Below, one piece after another: positions 48,521 to 61,472 of a DNA stretch of 64,000 nt (position 1 is its first letter; each line of letters begins with the position of its first letter). Origin of the DNA: Oculina patagonica (taxonomy: Eukaryota). The DNA is taken from positions 13,268,001 to 13,332,000 of the forward strand of contig NC_135758.1 in assembly GCF_052425735.1 (NCBI RefSeq), given 5' to 3'. The translations under genes and the position numbers were made by a program. Below the pieces are notes generated by a model. It was not told the origin of the DNA and did not search any database. It worked only from the letters and a program-made list of their open reading frames with translations.

Positions 48521-50821
48521 TATTGTAGCAAACATCTACTAGATCGATTTTAGTTTTACAACATATATTATAAACCACTCCTGTCACCAAAAGTGGTCAC
48601 CAATATTTAATTTATAAACTTTGCATCGTTGTTTTAAGCTTAACAAGACACCAAGCTTTATACCACTTTTTCCTTAGGTACCTTACGAAGATAACTATGT
48701 TAGGTTCGATCTGTAGCCATCAAATACTGCGGTTATAACAAACCAACACAGTTGCAATTAGTTAAATAAGGCAACAGATCTCTTAGGTTTTGTTTAACCG
48801 ATAAACAAATAGTACGATTTATGGGCACAAGAAACCACATGAAATAGCTGAAGAACACTCATAACCAGATCAATAAAACGCTGGATTGGTGCATACACGT
48901 TAGTCGATCCACCTTGATGTGTCCTTTTTTTGCTTCATGTGGAGAAAGGACCCCGTAAAGAAAAGGAAACAACTGCCTCGATAAATGGATTTGTAGCGGT
49001 AGTTACCTTTGCTTAACTGACGTTCATGGCGTTTACAGCAAAAGAAGAACAAAGCATGAATACTTGAAAGACCATGCACTACTACCAATAATACCTTTTG
49101 GAGTTGTCGCGTACGCTTTAACGCTTCTGCAGGACAAGCGTTCCCGATATAGTTGTACATAGGAGACGTCTGTTAGCAGGCTAATACACGTTTACTCTTT
49201 AACCAACCAAAGTTAAAGGAGAAGGTCAAGATTGTCGTTTGTAACCTGTCTTAATCTCCCCCTGTTCGTAGCTGTTCTTGCTCTTTTTTGGCTTATTTTT
49301 ATCTCTTTGGCCTTCTTTTCCATTAGCTTTATTTTCCTTTGCCGATTTTATGACAATTTTGAACATCGTTAAAAAATGACATCATGTAGAGCAATAACTG
49401 AATAACTTGGATTCATATTTTTTTTTTTCTTGTTAGGGTGGCGAACAGACTTGACTAGAACTTGATTCCTATCTTGACTAAACTCTATAAACGTCTTGCA
49501 GCGGAAAGATCAAAGTTGAGGAAGAAGATGGAAGATATAAACATCAAAAGAAGAAAGACACCTACCTAATAGAGTAACAAGCATCAGTTCCATCCTGAAC
49601 ATTCAATCTGATTGCTCCTTTGAAAGCCTTTCAGTATTATTAACTATTCGAATCTTGGTTTCATTCAGAATGGAAACTACAACAGACATGGAATCTTACG
49701 AAGTATTGACCAGTTCAAAACAGCGTAATGATTATGGAAAATTAGCTGAACGCAGGCATGCGACTCATGTAGATGTTTGCAGAGAATTTTATCTTTAGCG
49801 TTCACGATCGTATTAGGTCAAGGCGATTTATTTAAAAGCCTAAAGGCTCACTTTCATCCTGCATGCTTAGCAACCGTTTGACTCTTGTTTTATTTTTTAA
49901 TCTTTTTTGGACGCTGGAACTACTAGCTCCAATAAAATCTTCCCCTGTTTTCACGCACTATGATCTGAGTTACTTCAAAATTCAAACCAGTACAAAGACG
50001 GCATTAATTATTCACATATGACAAGTAATGCATGCTGGATGAAAATGGGCCTTTAAACATTCAGATATGTTCAAGATTGAAAGAAAATGAGATGTACACT
50101 CTTAACGATAGGCATAAAGTGTCTTAATCGATAAAAGCTCATCGAAAGACGCATGTCAAATGCAAAGTAATATGAAAACGGCAACTAAGTGCTTATTAAA
50201 CAGTATTTCCTTTCATTCCTTCATCCTCTTTTTGAATATGGCACTTTGTGGTGATAACTGATAAATGTAAACAAGCTGCTTGCTTTAGCCTTATGATAGT
50301 TCTGTTTGCTTTCAGCTCAGTAAGCCTTATGGTGGCTCAGTTTTACTATGATACGTCCCTCTGTTTTGCTTTTATTTCACAGTATTGCTGCGCACTTGAT
50401 CCATATCAGCTACTTACTATCAGAGCCCATAAACCCTCCACCTTAGCCACCTTAACAGGTATCCTTTTGGCTCGTCACTTTTAAAATTACAGACAAAAGA
50501 TTGTGTGACAAGTCAAACGAACGCCAGTGGAGGAGGCTTCCAGGTTCTCTGAGAAGTTTTGTCCTCTCCGTACAATCTTCAATATGACGGTTCTACGAGT
50601 GGTCTCCCCCTTTTTCTTCCTAATTTTTCCTCACCATCCTCCTCAGCTATGCCGACTTCGAAACCCGTAGCCCTCATTTAAGTCGTCGTGCAATGCTGTT
50701 CCCTGTGGGGAAGTATCGTATACCTACAAGTAACGGGTGCGAAGCGAAGATGGTGGCTCTACGATGGAAGCGGAATAAGCTGACAAATTACTCATAGCCT
50801 ATCTCTGTCTTGATTTAAAAA

Positions 50822-51280
50822 AACAAGGCCCTTGGAACTGCCAGGGGCCAGCAACTCTCTTAGCCCTTCCTCCCTTCCCCCTGTGGGTTTGAGAGAGCCC
50901 AGGGGCACTGCTAGGAAGCCTTCCCATGCCCGGTCACAGCTGAGCTCTCAGCGGCCTCAAGGCTACTGAGCGCAGCCCCCCCAAAAAAACGAAATCCGGA
51001 AGCAGTCCTGGCCACATTTCAAAGCAAAGTCTTTGCGGAGACAAGCCAAAAACCTGACTTCAGCCAGCCCCCCAGCCGGATTGCAATTCAACAGCTGACC
51101 CAGGGCTCCCTAGGGTTGTTAGGTCAGGGCCCGGGCTACCTGCCCACGGTATCGTTGACGTTGCGCCCCTCAAATCAGTCTCGGACCGCAATGGCTACAA
51201 GCAAACCTCTTTCCTATTGTATGGCACAAGATGAACCCCAGGGGTTGGACAAAACAGTGACAGGCGGAGTTTGCATTATT
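50822..51280 (-). mobile_element. GC-rich repeat fragment distantly related to 40077-40696
   Basis: Reverse complement shares ordered blocks with 40380-40650: ccctagggag.c..ggtcag, agtcaggtt, agactttgc, agctc..gctgt, ggggga(a)gggag. Confidence 0.45.
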
Positions 51281-52065
51281 TGCACTATGATCTGGAGGAA
51301 AAAAAGCTCACGACCAATTTCTCGGAAAGAGGTCCCCAGTGCTTCCCTCCAACAGGTGACCTGTCCACTTCTTATTTTAGGTGCTCGCATGTCCCATTTA
51401 TGAGTCATTTACCCGAAGATAAGGTAAAGTGATCTTTTCCTTAACGTATGGTCAATATTAAGTGCACGCTTATCCGATTATAGACGTGTGATCGTTCTAA
51501 AGACTCTAAAGTTAGCCTGAAGCAGAGCGCACGTCTTTGGCGGGTAGCAACGGTTAATGAAAAGGGGTCTAGAAGGTTCTTGACGAAAGCGAGGTATGGA
51601 GGTGAATTTCTAACACGTCAACAAAGGAAGAAAAGGTGCCTTGGCTACCTTTCGTATGCGCAATAACAAATTTCCGACAATGAACACACTAGGCAATGAA
51701 AGTTGTTTTGGCTTATGTATTAAGGCGAGAATGCCTCTCGATCTCATTAGTTAATGAAACGGCATGCTCGCTTCGTCTGTTGATGAGTGCATGAGTTAAT
51801 AAGGCCATCCAAAAAAAAATTTGTTTCCCACCTTGACGCAATTTGTTTTTGAACACCATAATTAGAAACGCTAAACCACTATACAAGCTTATTATTCAAC
51901 AAATTGGACACAATTCCCATCTATGGTCAGAAAGTCCAATGTATCCTTTATCCGTACAAAACAGATATCCTGTGTTATTATTCAACAGATGCGCGCGCTG
52001 CCCATATATGGTCAAAATGTTAACGATATCTGTCATCCGTACATAACAGATATCCTGCGATATTC

Positions 52066-52475
52066 GTAGGTTGCGAAGATTCGTCCGAAATCTTGTAAAG
52101 CGCTGCAGAATTACAGTTTTTCTATGTGCAAAATGTGTTTCTTTGACAATTTGTTGAATAATAAAACAATTATCCTGCTCAATCTTGCGGAATATCGTCT
52201 GATTTTAGCCAACTCGGCCTACGGCCTCGTCGGCTAAGTATCAGGCGATATCCCGCGCGATTTCGCAGGATAATTGTTAAATATACGAAGGTTGCCAAGA
52301 TTCGTCCGAAAGCGCTACATAATTAACCACGGTTTTCCTAGCTGTAAAATGCGTTTCGTTGTCAATTTGTTGAATAATAAAACAATTATCCTGCTCAATC
52401 TTGGGGAACATCGTCTCGCGTCAGCCAACTCGGCCTATAGCCTCGTCACCTAAGTACCAGGCGAGATTTCGCAGA
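52066..52475. repeat. ~220-bp tandem duplication containing a 114-bp foldback mini-element
   Basis: AACAATTATCCTGC (52165) ... GCAGGATAATTGTT (52278) with internal complementarity. A second, degenerate copy starts at ~52381; aggttgc.aagattcgtccgaaa occurs at ~52068 and ~52289. Confidence 0.8.
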
Positions 52476-53373
52476 TGTAGCGACTACATTGACATTGACT
52501 ATTGTTGACTTTATATTCGTACTAACTTTGTTTCGTATTGATTTTTACGTCATGCGTACCTATAGCGTATAATCATTGTCGCCTGACAAAATACGCTTTG
52601 TAGACCTCGTGGTTTGGTTTGGTCGCCATGTTGATAGTACACTTTTAAGTTTTTATGGAAATTACAGTCAATATTCGCGTTCTTAATTATTATGGTGATC
52701 GCTTTAAGCGACAGCGCGATTTTGCAAGGAAATAATGAAACTCCTGTGCTTCCCAGCCAGCAGCTCCAATCCTGGATCCATCAGTTCAAGTCATCAGAAG
52801 TAACCATAACATACAGTTTCGGCCCATATTCCTCGACTGCCTTCTGCCATGGCGGGGCCCCTCCCTAACGAGTCTTCAAAGAGCTGGTGCTGACTTGGAA
52901 TACTAATCGAGCTGGTGCTGAATGAAAATACTAATCGAAACAACACGCCAAGGCCATCTTTTGGTTAAAACGTTATAGTTATGTTCCACTATTTTAAGAA
53001 TTAAGTTTGTGTCATAGTGGAATAGTACTTAGAAATTAAACGTTAAATAATGAAGGAAGTACTGGTTTACAATGTTCAAAGACAACTCGCTCCAGAATGA
53101 GATAAAACTTGGAAATGAGGGAGAAAAATTTAAGGCGTTCTCTTCTATAACATTCAAACAACTTTTTCCTAAGCAGAATAGTATTTGGGACTGACACTAG
53201 TTTGCACGAGCAATGAGATATATTTCAAAGCAGCTGTTCCCACCCCCCAAATAAAATTCACTATTTAGCGTTAAAAAAGCCCAAAAAACGCTTGTCACAA
53301 AATACGGTCTTAGCAACAACTTGGACGCAGAAACAACTTGTTCCGTAGTAGTTAGTACTTTAAACTTTTAAAG

Positions 53374-53573
53374 TAAACTGCAAAACAGTTGTTCCTTTTG
53401 CAAACGCGCTTGGTCGTCGAACAAAAGCGAGAGGTCTGAAGTCAACGTCAAAACTGTGAGTGAGACTGGGGAGAGACACTTTTTGCGAGGCTCGCAAGAC
53501 GTTCGGTGCTTCGCGCTTTCGATAAGCATTTTTTTCAACGAGTTCAGAGAAAAAACGACTGTCTTGCAGTCTA
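53374..53573. mobile_element. 200-bp MITE
   Basis: Imperfect TIR taaactgcaaaacagt ... actgtcttgcagtcta. Confidence 0.65.
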
Positions 53574-54066
53574 CCTTTAAAGCGTCCTAACTAACTCACC
53601 TATGGAAGCAGCTGCCTTCTTATGTTAGACAATCCAGTAACTTGAGAGACTTTCGAAAACATTTGACTTTTTTAGTTTTAAGGCTAGTTGCAAATGTAAT
53701 TATTGTATTTCATAGATTTTAGCGACTTATTTTTAGTATAATTATCATTTTTTGAGTTTTTAATCCTGGGTGTAACATTTAGTGTAGGTGGGTTAAAGCA
53801 TTTTTACATTTTAAATTTTTTTACTCATAAGATATTGTAATCTAGCTATTTTTAAATTTTTAATTGTTTTTATAATGTATTTTAAAGGGGTCTTTTAATT
53901 ATTGTCATGCGCTTTTAACATGAGCCTCTGGCTCGGATATAGAGGGCAACCTCATCCCGCGCATGACATTAATAAATTGATTGTTCCACATGTTCAAAGC
54001 AAATTTTCTGTTAGTAGAGTAAACTTTTGCTTTACAATGTTAAAAATAGTTTGTTCTACAGTGGAC

Positions 54067-54068
<2 letters not shown>

Positions 54069-54152
<84 letters not shown>
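54069..54152. repeat. (GTAA)21 microsatellite grading into GTCA units
   Basis: Read directly. Confidence 0.95.
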
Positions 54153-54154
<2 letters not shown>

Positions 54155-54629
54155 CAGTCAGTCAGTTAGTCAGTAGGTTAGCGATGTAGGCATTCGTGAA
54201 TGACTGTGAAGGAGTGGTTCATTCTCGCTACAATACTTCAGTTGGGCGAAAGTATCATTTTAGTAGGAATTTTGTACAAGAAGACAGGCAGCTAATCAGA
54301 TGATGAGTTCGTATAGTGTCATGCCAACGCAACAATTTTTGGACCACTCACGAGACCTCTTCCAATTTTGGATCGGAAAAAGCAACACTTCTTCTTCCTC
54401 CTTGCCTTCCCTTACCCTTTTAAACTGGCATTAACTATACCCTTTCTAAGCCTTCCTTGCAAGCCACCTCGCCAACCCTTCTTATCCCCACCCAGGGATA
54501 CTATAATTGACATGCAGTATCTAAACTAACAGAGAGCAAGTTCATATATCAGGAAATCATGCAAATACGCTACACACGGTAAATGCCACTGCACAAAGAG
54601 TAATGGAAGTACAGGCTTATATGAAAATT

Positions 54630-54864
54630 TCACTGCTTAGACTTTGGCTTAACTTTCATCTCAGCACGTTTTAGTGAATACTGATATCCTCTAAAGTGAT
54701 ACCAAATGATTCCATCGGCAAACGAAGACTGTGGGCCATTAAGATATAAACCGTTGAGATTGGACTTGTGACAATCCCTGTACCACCAGGCACCTTTATA
54801 CTTTTCAGCACAGTTGCCACTTTCTTTGTCATTGTCGTTATCTTCCGTGGTAAACTGCATATTA
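54630..54864 (-). CDS. FReD gene exon 4 (fibrinogen domain C-terminal part, stop codon)
   Basis: Acceptor ttttcctAG, phase 2 matching exon 3. [55 protein letters not shown]; TGA at 54630-32. Confidence 0.93.
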
Positions 54865-55084
54865 CTAGGAAAAAAATAAACAGTTACGTACAGGCAATTT
54901 GTTAATGTACAGATAAAATAAACTGGTTAATATTTCTATACTAGTTCCAGCACAGGGAGATTTCTTTATGAACAAGAAGCTTGAGAAGCTTGAGAAGCTT
55001 AAAATCGGGCGCTTAATAATTAGCTATCTGTTTTGACTTGAAAGGCAGGGTACAGTACAGTAACAATCACTGGAAAAACAGTCA

Positions 55085-55270
55085 CTTTGAGGCCCGCGCT
55101 GACTTTGGACGCTTATAACTTTTTCAAGATTCAACCAAACGCTGCCAAACTTTGCGCGTTTATCTAAAATTTATCTTGCAATAATTTGGTAGGATTAGTT
55201 ATTGTGCCAGTAACTTGAAATCACCATGGCAACGTCATTTTGACAGGCTTGTTTTCCCAAATTTGAATTT
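55085..55270. mobile_element. Repeat fragment of the same family as 1-107, in intron 3
   Basis: tttgaggcccgcgctgactttggacgcttataac...tttatc matches the reverse complement of 1-80. Its right-hand extent is uncertain. Confidence 0.55.
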
Positions 55271-58055
55271 TTCGTGTTTCTATTTAATAATGAAAATCTG
55301 GACTGTTTTCAAGATTGCATTATTACTTAATGACATAATGGTCTCAATTTATAAAAATATATTTCGCACAATACAACTAAACGATTGAACTAGACGTCTA
55401 GAAAATATAAATTTGTAACACTTAATAAAGTGCAGCCTTTTCGCAATACTTAATAAAGGCGGGTTTTTTACCTGAAGACCAATTTTTCCAACGCTTTAGG
55501 TGGCTGACGCATTTCAGTATTTTCCAGCCCTTACACTTTAATGGAACAGTATACAACTCCTTATCAGGTAACTACTATTGTCAAGAAAATGATCACAACT
55601 TATTGACCAATGATTAGGTATTTGTTTCATACCATTACTGTAATAGCAACTGGTGAAGAATAGTAGTACTGACCCAAAGTATAAGGGCTGGAAAACACTG
55701 AAAACCATTTTAGCCGCGTTTCAAGGAATCCAAAAAAGCTTTACTTATCCCATATATATTTGTTTTGCAGTATTTTGTTAATTTTTGGACGATTTTGGGG
55801 GATGTCTGGGAGGCGATAGTTTTTCTCAAAGGATTAGTAAAATTTAGACAAATAAGAAATATTGGAGATTTTATGTGATTTTAAAATTTGAATTTGAAGT
55901 TAAAAATTGGTGGACGGACACCAAACAGTCTCCTGACAACCCGGAGTGCTCTTGCAAGGGGGTCAACTGTTTGGAGGTGTTTCCATTCTTTTCTTCAATC
56001 CCTTCTTTAAATCTCTTAAAGTTCCATTCAAATTCAGGTAGAACCCCACCTTAAGTTTTGTTCTTGTGAGAAAACAACAGAAGTCAAAGGTTGCGTGATA
56101 TAACCAAGCATGGATTTTAATTCTCCCTCCCTTTCCATCTCCTTAGCCTTTCACCCCCACCTGTCCCTCCCTTTCTACTCTCATTCAATTTAATGTTTGT
56201 TTAAATTTCCTAACCAATTCAGTATCGTACTAATCTGTGCCAAGCAATCAGATAATAACAGAAATTTGCCTTAATTTTGATTTCCCATACCAAGACCTTA
56301 GAGTATAAACCGCTAATAAAACAAAACACACTTGATAATAATTCTCTGAGGTTATACACCTTGCAGAATTAACGTACTAACGAACTTGATAACAAACCCC
56401 ATGTCGTACTAAGGATTTTTACTGATCAACATAGAAAATAAGTTCACAATGGTTTGTTCCCAAAACGTTTTTTAATGTACAGATGGTCTGTATATTGACC
56501 TGTAACTTGTATACCGTATTGAAAATTCAGAACGAACCGACTTCTGCCCGCTACCATGATATCATGTTGAAAAATTAGCTCGTTCGTAGCAAAATCGTTA
56601 GAGACAGACAAGATACAGCCGTTTACTGGCAGTCTTTGAAAATCCTGAATTTCTTCAAAATGAGCCAAAATAAAGTTTTAAAATTTCCTTTATCAATATG
56701 GTTCTTATCTTTTTATTCAATTCTATGAACTGCTTTTATGCAGTACTGTCCACAAAGATTTCAATTTCCTCAAAGTTTCGGGACAAATGGATACAAAATA
56801 TTTCGTGCAGAATGTAATTTGATTAAGCGAATGTTTTCACGTCTATAAATACTTCAAGCAGTGAATGAAAAACCGTTTTGTTTTCATCGATGAGAACCAC
56901 TTTCAAATAGTTAATGCATAAAAAATAACAATCAGACCAGAATACAATAATTATTAATGTAAGGTCTCGCTATTATGTCTCGGCAGAGATACTTCTGTTT
57001 TGCAAGTTCAAATGTATGCAAATTGCGTGTGAAATGTAATTCGATTCCATTGTCTTGTTTACAAACTCTTTCTTAAGAAAGTTGTATTTTCGTGAATAAA
57101 ACCCATTGGCCTGTTTTGTTTTCCTGATCATGTTTGTCTGTGATTTTTACAAAACATGTGGTCTTTTTTTTTTCGGAACTTTAAGTTGTACAAAAATTCC
57201 TATTTTGAACACAGATGTCACTTCCGGAATTTCTCATCTAAAATTCAATTGGTATTTAATTATAATTATTCGAAGTTTTCATTTTCAAGTCATCTTTTCA
57301 TTCGATAGCTTTACTGATCTCGTAAAAAATTCCATTCAAGTTCACACCAATACTGTACATTGCCAATGTTTTTCACTAGTCAAATCTAAAATATATCCAA
57401 ACCATGTTATGCAAACCTTCTACTCTTTGTGACAGGCGACTTTGACGCCCAACTGTGCGGAAATGAAAATCGACATACTTCTTGCTAAATATATAAAAAA
57501 TAGTTTTAAAGTGGAGTCCGCCTCAAAAAAATGTACCGCCAGATCACACTGCTATTTGTAGAAACCAGCAAAGCGTCTAGTTTCAAAGTTTCCCACAAAA
57601 ACATTGCGTGACATAAATGACGTTACCCCTTTTATTTACAAAAATAGCTTCAACTTGTCAAAGCAACTTCAGTTTCACAATGGTGATTATTAGTACTTTA
57701 CCCCTTAAGCTTTTTTCTCTGTCCTCCCGCCGAAGCAAAGAAGAGAACCAGATTGCAGATTAGCCCAAAAGTCGACCCAGTGTTCCTACAACGATTTACT
57801 GTCAAAACTGAAATGAAACCGATTGGCCCAGGCTATCCCCGTCATTTTTAGCCGACAGGAGACTATCGTCTAGGACGACCAAAGGGTAAACTATAAATCG
57901 GCCACGCCCGATTAATAAAGCGGTCATTAATTTAAAAGAAAACTTGTAGGTTATTGTCCTTGCTGTTTTGTGACCGCTGATTGCAATACGAGCTGCTTAT
58001 ACACACTTGTCTCAAACCCTAATAGCCATAAATCCCGAATATCGAATTTTCTTAC

Positions 58056-58479
58056 TTTGCTTCCTGAGGAGCAGAATTCATGGAGTCACCAGCCGTTCCA
58101 TTGTAACCTCCAATCAAAAGCCGGTACTTATCTCCCCCGTTTGACACCGTAAAAGTCGTGTACTCAGCGTAAGTGATGTTCCCATCAAAGTCTTCCAGGT
58201 CAACCTTTAGCATGACGTCATCAGCGGCTGTCAAACGGTGAAGATTATCGTTTCCAAGCCAGAACTCGCCCTTTAAATCTCCAAACCCGTTTTTATAGGA
58301 TTCCCAACCAAGATAAAAGTCAACGGAACCGTTCAAACGTCTCTGAAAAACGGTCCAACCTCCACCGTCCATGGTCATGTCACATAACACTTGTATTGGT
58401 TTGCCGCCATCTGGATTGATGGTATACACTCCACTGGATGTGAAACCATCTTGAAAGAGTTGGGCGCAGTTTACGGGCG
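58056..58479 (-). CDS. FReD gene exon 3 (fibrinogen domain N-terminal part)
   Basis: Acceptor ccaacAG (phase 1), donor AA|GTAAG (phase 2). PVNCAQLFQDGFTSSGVYTINPDG..VLCDMTMDGGGWTVFQRRLNGSVDFYLGWESYKNGFG..EFWLGNDNLH..YNGTAGDSM. Confidence 0.95.
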
Positions 58480-59335
58480 CTGTTGGTTGATATAAAGAAA
58501 ATAAAAAGATTTGAATTATTTTTTAATTGATTTAATTTCCAATTGTTTTATGTTTGAATGGAAATGTTGCTATAAACTCGGATGTTTTTTTTAATATCGG
58601 CTGCCTTATTGCTACAAACAACTAAAAACAGGAAGATGACTGTACGGTCTGGATTAAACTGGAAATTTTAGCAGCTTATAATTAATCTAAAATGACGGTC
58701 ACTCCGTACGGTCAGCCTTTCTGCTTTCTGAGTTGTTCTTATCTCTACATTTTGCTGATCAGATCACCAGGATTCGGTTCCTTTGTATTGTCCGTTGGCC
58801 CTTTCTAAGATTAAAAGTGTTTACTTATTGTTTTACTCCGGGTACTTAATTTTGGGGATTTTCACTTTTAATTTTCGCGAAATTATATTTCCGCGCAAAA
58901 AAAAAAAAACCCGAAAACTTACGACGCGGAATGTCACACGAAGCTAGTAAAAGTTCTTTCATAAACTTGAAGTCTGCACGCATGATATATTATGTCTTAT
59001 GTTTTCGTCCTGAAGTTAAGATTCCGTATTTATGGTCTCTTTCCCTGAATCGTACAACAGACAAGACATATCGTACATGCTGACTCTTGTATACTATAAA
59101 CTTGTGGTTTTTTGCAAGCGAACATTTCAACCTGTTTTTAATTGTTTTGGTTCAATAACATTGTAAATATTGCACTGTAAAATTAAAATCTGTAGCGTAG
59201 CGGATCAACATTTGGAAACACTTTGCGCACTTTATTTTCTCCGAAAAGCTTTTGGAAATGACAGATAAGCATCTTGGAAATTATTTTTAGTTTAGATCTG
59301 TCTAGCAATCTATTATCTATCAATTCTAAACTCAC

Positions 59336-59450
59336 TGCAAGGTTTTCCTGTGTAGCCGTCATTACACTTGCATCGTATGGTGTCATCTTGATAGTTGGGA
59401 ATACAAATCCCTCTATTACCACAAGGAGAGCTATCCGTCTCACAGCCACT
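59336..59450 (-). CDS. FReD gene exon 2 (EGF-like domain), not shown in the ORF track
   Basis: Acceptor cgagcAG (phase 0), donor A|GTGAG (phase 1). SGCETDSSPCGNRGICIPNYQDDTIRCKCNDGYTGKPC has six Cys with EGF spacing. Confidence 0.9.
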
Positions 59451-59689
59451 CTGCTCGAAAGAAATATTACATGTACACAAGAACACGATTTCCGTTAAAC
59501 GTGCATACTTAAATATTTTTGTTATTGAACACTTAAGCAGGAGGGGTGCTCGCGATTCATTTGATTAATCAAAGTGGCTTTGAGTCACCGAACTCGGACA
59601 ATTAATTATGAAACGAGAATCGAAAACTGCACTGAACTGACATATAAAGATTTGCCAGAGCAAATCATGTTAAACTTTCCACACTTCAG

Positions 59690-61043
59690 TTCACTTCGTG
59701 TTAGATTATTTTGTCTAACTTGGTTGGTGATTTCCTTATGGAACTAATGTTATCTGAGGGCAGATTTTTAGCCTCTTTAATTCCACATTATTATGTCTAA
59801 CTGCTGTGGTGAGCTCCTTATGAAACTCATGTAATCAGAGGGCTGCCTATTGAGCTCGTTGAACATTATTTACTGTCTTACTTGGGTGATGAGTTCCTTT
59901 TTGAACTCATGTTATCTGAGAGCAGCATATTGACCTCGTGCTAGATCTTACTTGGGCAATGAGTTCCTTTTGGAACCCATGTTATCTGAGGGCAGCATAT
60001 TGACCTCGTGCTAGATCTTACTTGGGCAATGAGTTCCTTTTGGAACCCATGTTATCTGAGGGCAGCATATTGACCTCGTGCTAGATTATTATGTCTACTT
60101 TGGGCGATGACTCCTTTTGGAACTCATGTTATCTAAGGGCAGCATATTGACCTTGTGCTAGATTATTATGTCTAACTTGGTTGATGAGTTCCTCTTGGAA
60201 CTCATGTTATCTTAGGAGCAGCATATTGTCCTCGTGCTAGATTATTACGTCTTACTTGGGTAATGAGTACTTTTTGGAACTCATGTTATCTGAGGGCAGC
60301 ATATTGACCTTGTGCTAGATTATTATATCTAACTTGTGTGATTAGTTCCTTTTATATCTCATGTTATCTGTGAGCAGCATATTGATCTCGTGCTAGATTT
60401 TAACGTCTTACTTAGGCAATGAGTTCCTTTTGGAACCCATGTTATCTGAGAGCAGCATATTGACCTCGCGCTAGATTATAATTATTATGTCCAACTTGGG
60501 TGATGAGTTCCTCTTGGAACTCATGTTATCTGAGAGCAGATTATTGATCTCGTGCTAGATTATTATGTCTAACTTTGGTGATGAGTTCCTTTTGGAACTC
60601 ATGTTATCTGAGAGCAGCATATTGACCTCGCGCTAGATTATTATGTCTAACTTGGGTGATGAGTTCCTTTTGGAACTCACGTTATCTGAGAGCAGCATAT
60701 TAACCTCGTGCTAGATTATTATGTCTAACTTGGGTGATGAGTTCCTTTTGGAACTCACGTTATCTGAGAGCAGATTATTGACCTCGTGCTAGATTTTTAC
60801 GTCTTACTTGGGTAATGAGTTCCTTTTGGAACTCATGTTATCTGAGAGCAGCATATTGATCTCGTGCTAGATTATGTCTAACTTGGGTGATGAGTTCCTC
60901 TTGGAACTCATGTTATCTGAGAGCAGCATATTGACCTCGTGTTGAATTATTATGTTTAACTGGGGTGATGAGTTCCTTTTGGAACCCATGTTATCTGAGG
61001 GCAGCATATTGACCTCCTGCTAGACTATTATGTCTTACTTGGT
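59690..61043 (-). repeat. 78-bp satellite array in intron 1, inverted relative to 520-8465
   Basis: Unit tgatgagttccttttggaactcatgttatctgagagcagcatattgacctcgtgctagattattatgtctaacttggg is the reverse complement of the left-array unit with array-specific variants. Confidence 0.95.
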
Positions 61044-61180
61044 TGGTAATTTGCTTAACGTTGCAACAGCTGTTTTTTGTCTCTGGAATGTGGAGCGTGC
61101 GTAGTAGAGTCATCGTAGCCAGATTGTGGCTACGCTTGGAGTTTCCCAGTACTTTTGTCGCCCTCAGTCACGTGCAAATG

Positions 61181-61472
61181 ACCAATCTTGTCCCCAGAGC
61201 CTGCGTTCGCCTTGACCAGCGGTCGGAAAAGTCAACGGCTCTGGATGAATCCGAAACCGGAACCAGGAAATCCTGGTTCCGGTTCGATTGTGCGCGTGCG
61301 CTGGAGATTGTGTTGAAACGAACAAGTTTTCAACAGCCAATCATATTCAGACGCTTTTGTGACGGTGTTTTTCAGAATAGCCCAGAGGTCCCGATCCCTA
61401 CCGCAGACCAGAAGGATGGCGGCCTCTGCGTACGTGATTGGCAAAAGACAAGAGCTCTAGGGGTCGAGAATG
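61181..61472. mobile_element. Small TIR-type repeat(s)
   Basis: ccaatcttgtccccagagcc ... ggcctctgcgtacgtgattgg, followed by agagctctaggggtcgagaatg. Similar termini (aacctcgttcccaggg) occur at ~9970 and ~12541. Confidence 0.45.

Noticed and set aside
56444-56668. 74-aa ORF in FReD intron 3 as an extra exon
   Set aside because: Exons 3 and 4 already join in phase to a complete FReD, and the peptide has no recognisable motif.
59183-59449. 88-aa ORF MAVRRIALLVV...
   Set aside because: Wrong frame; the Cys-rich EGF exon lies in another frame with proper splice sites.
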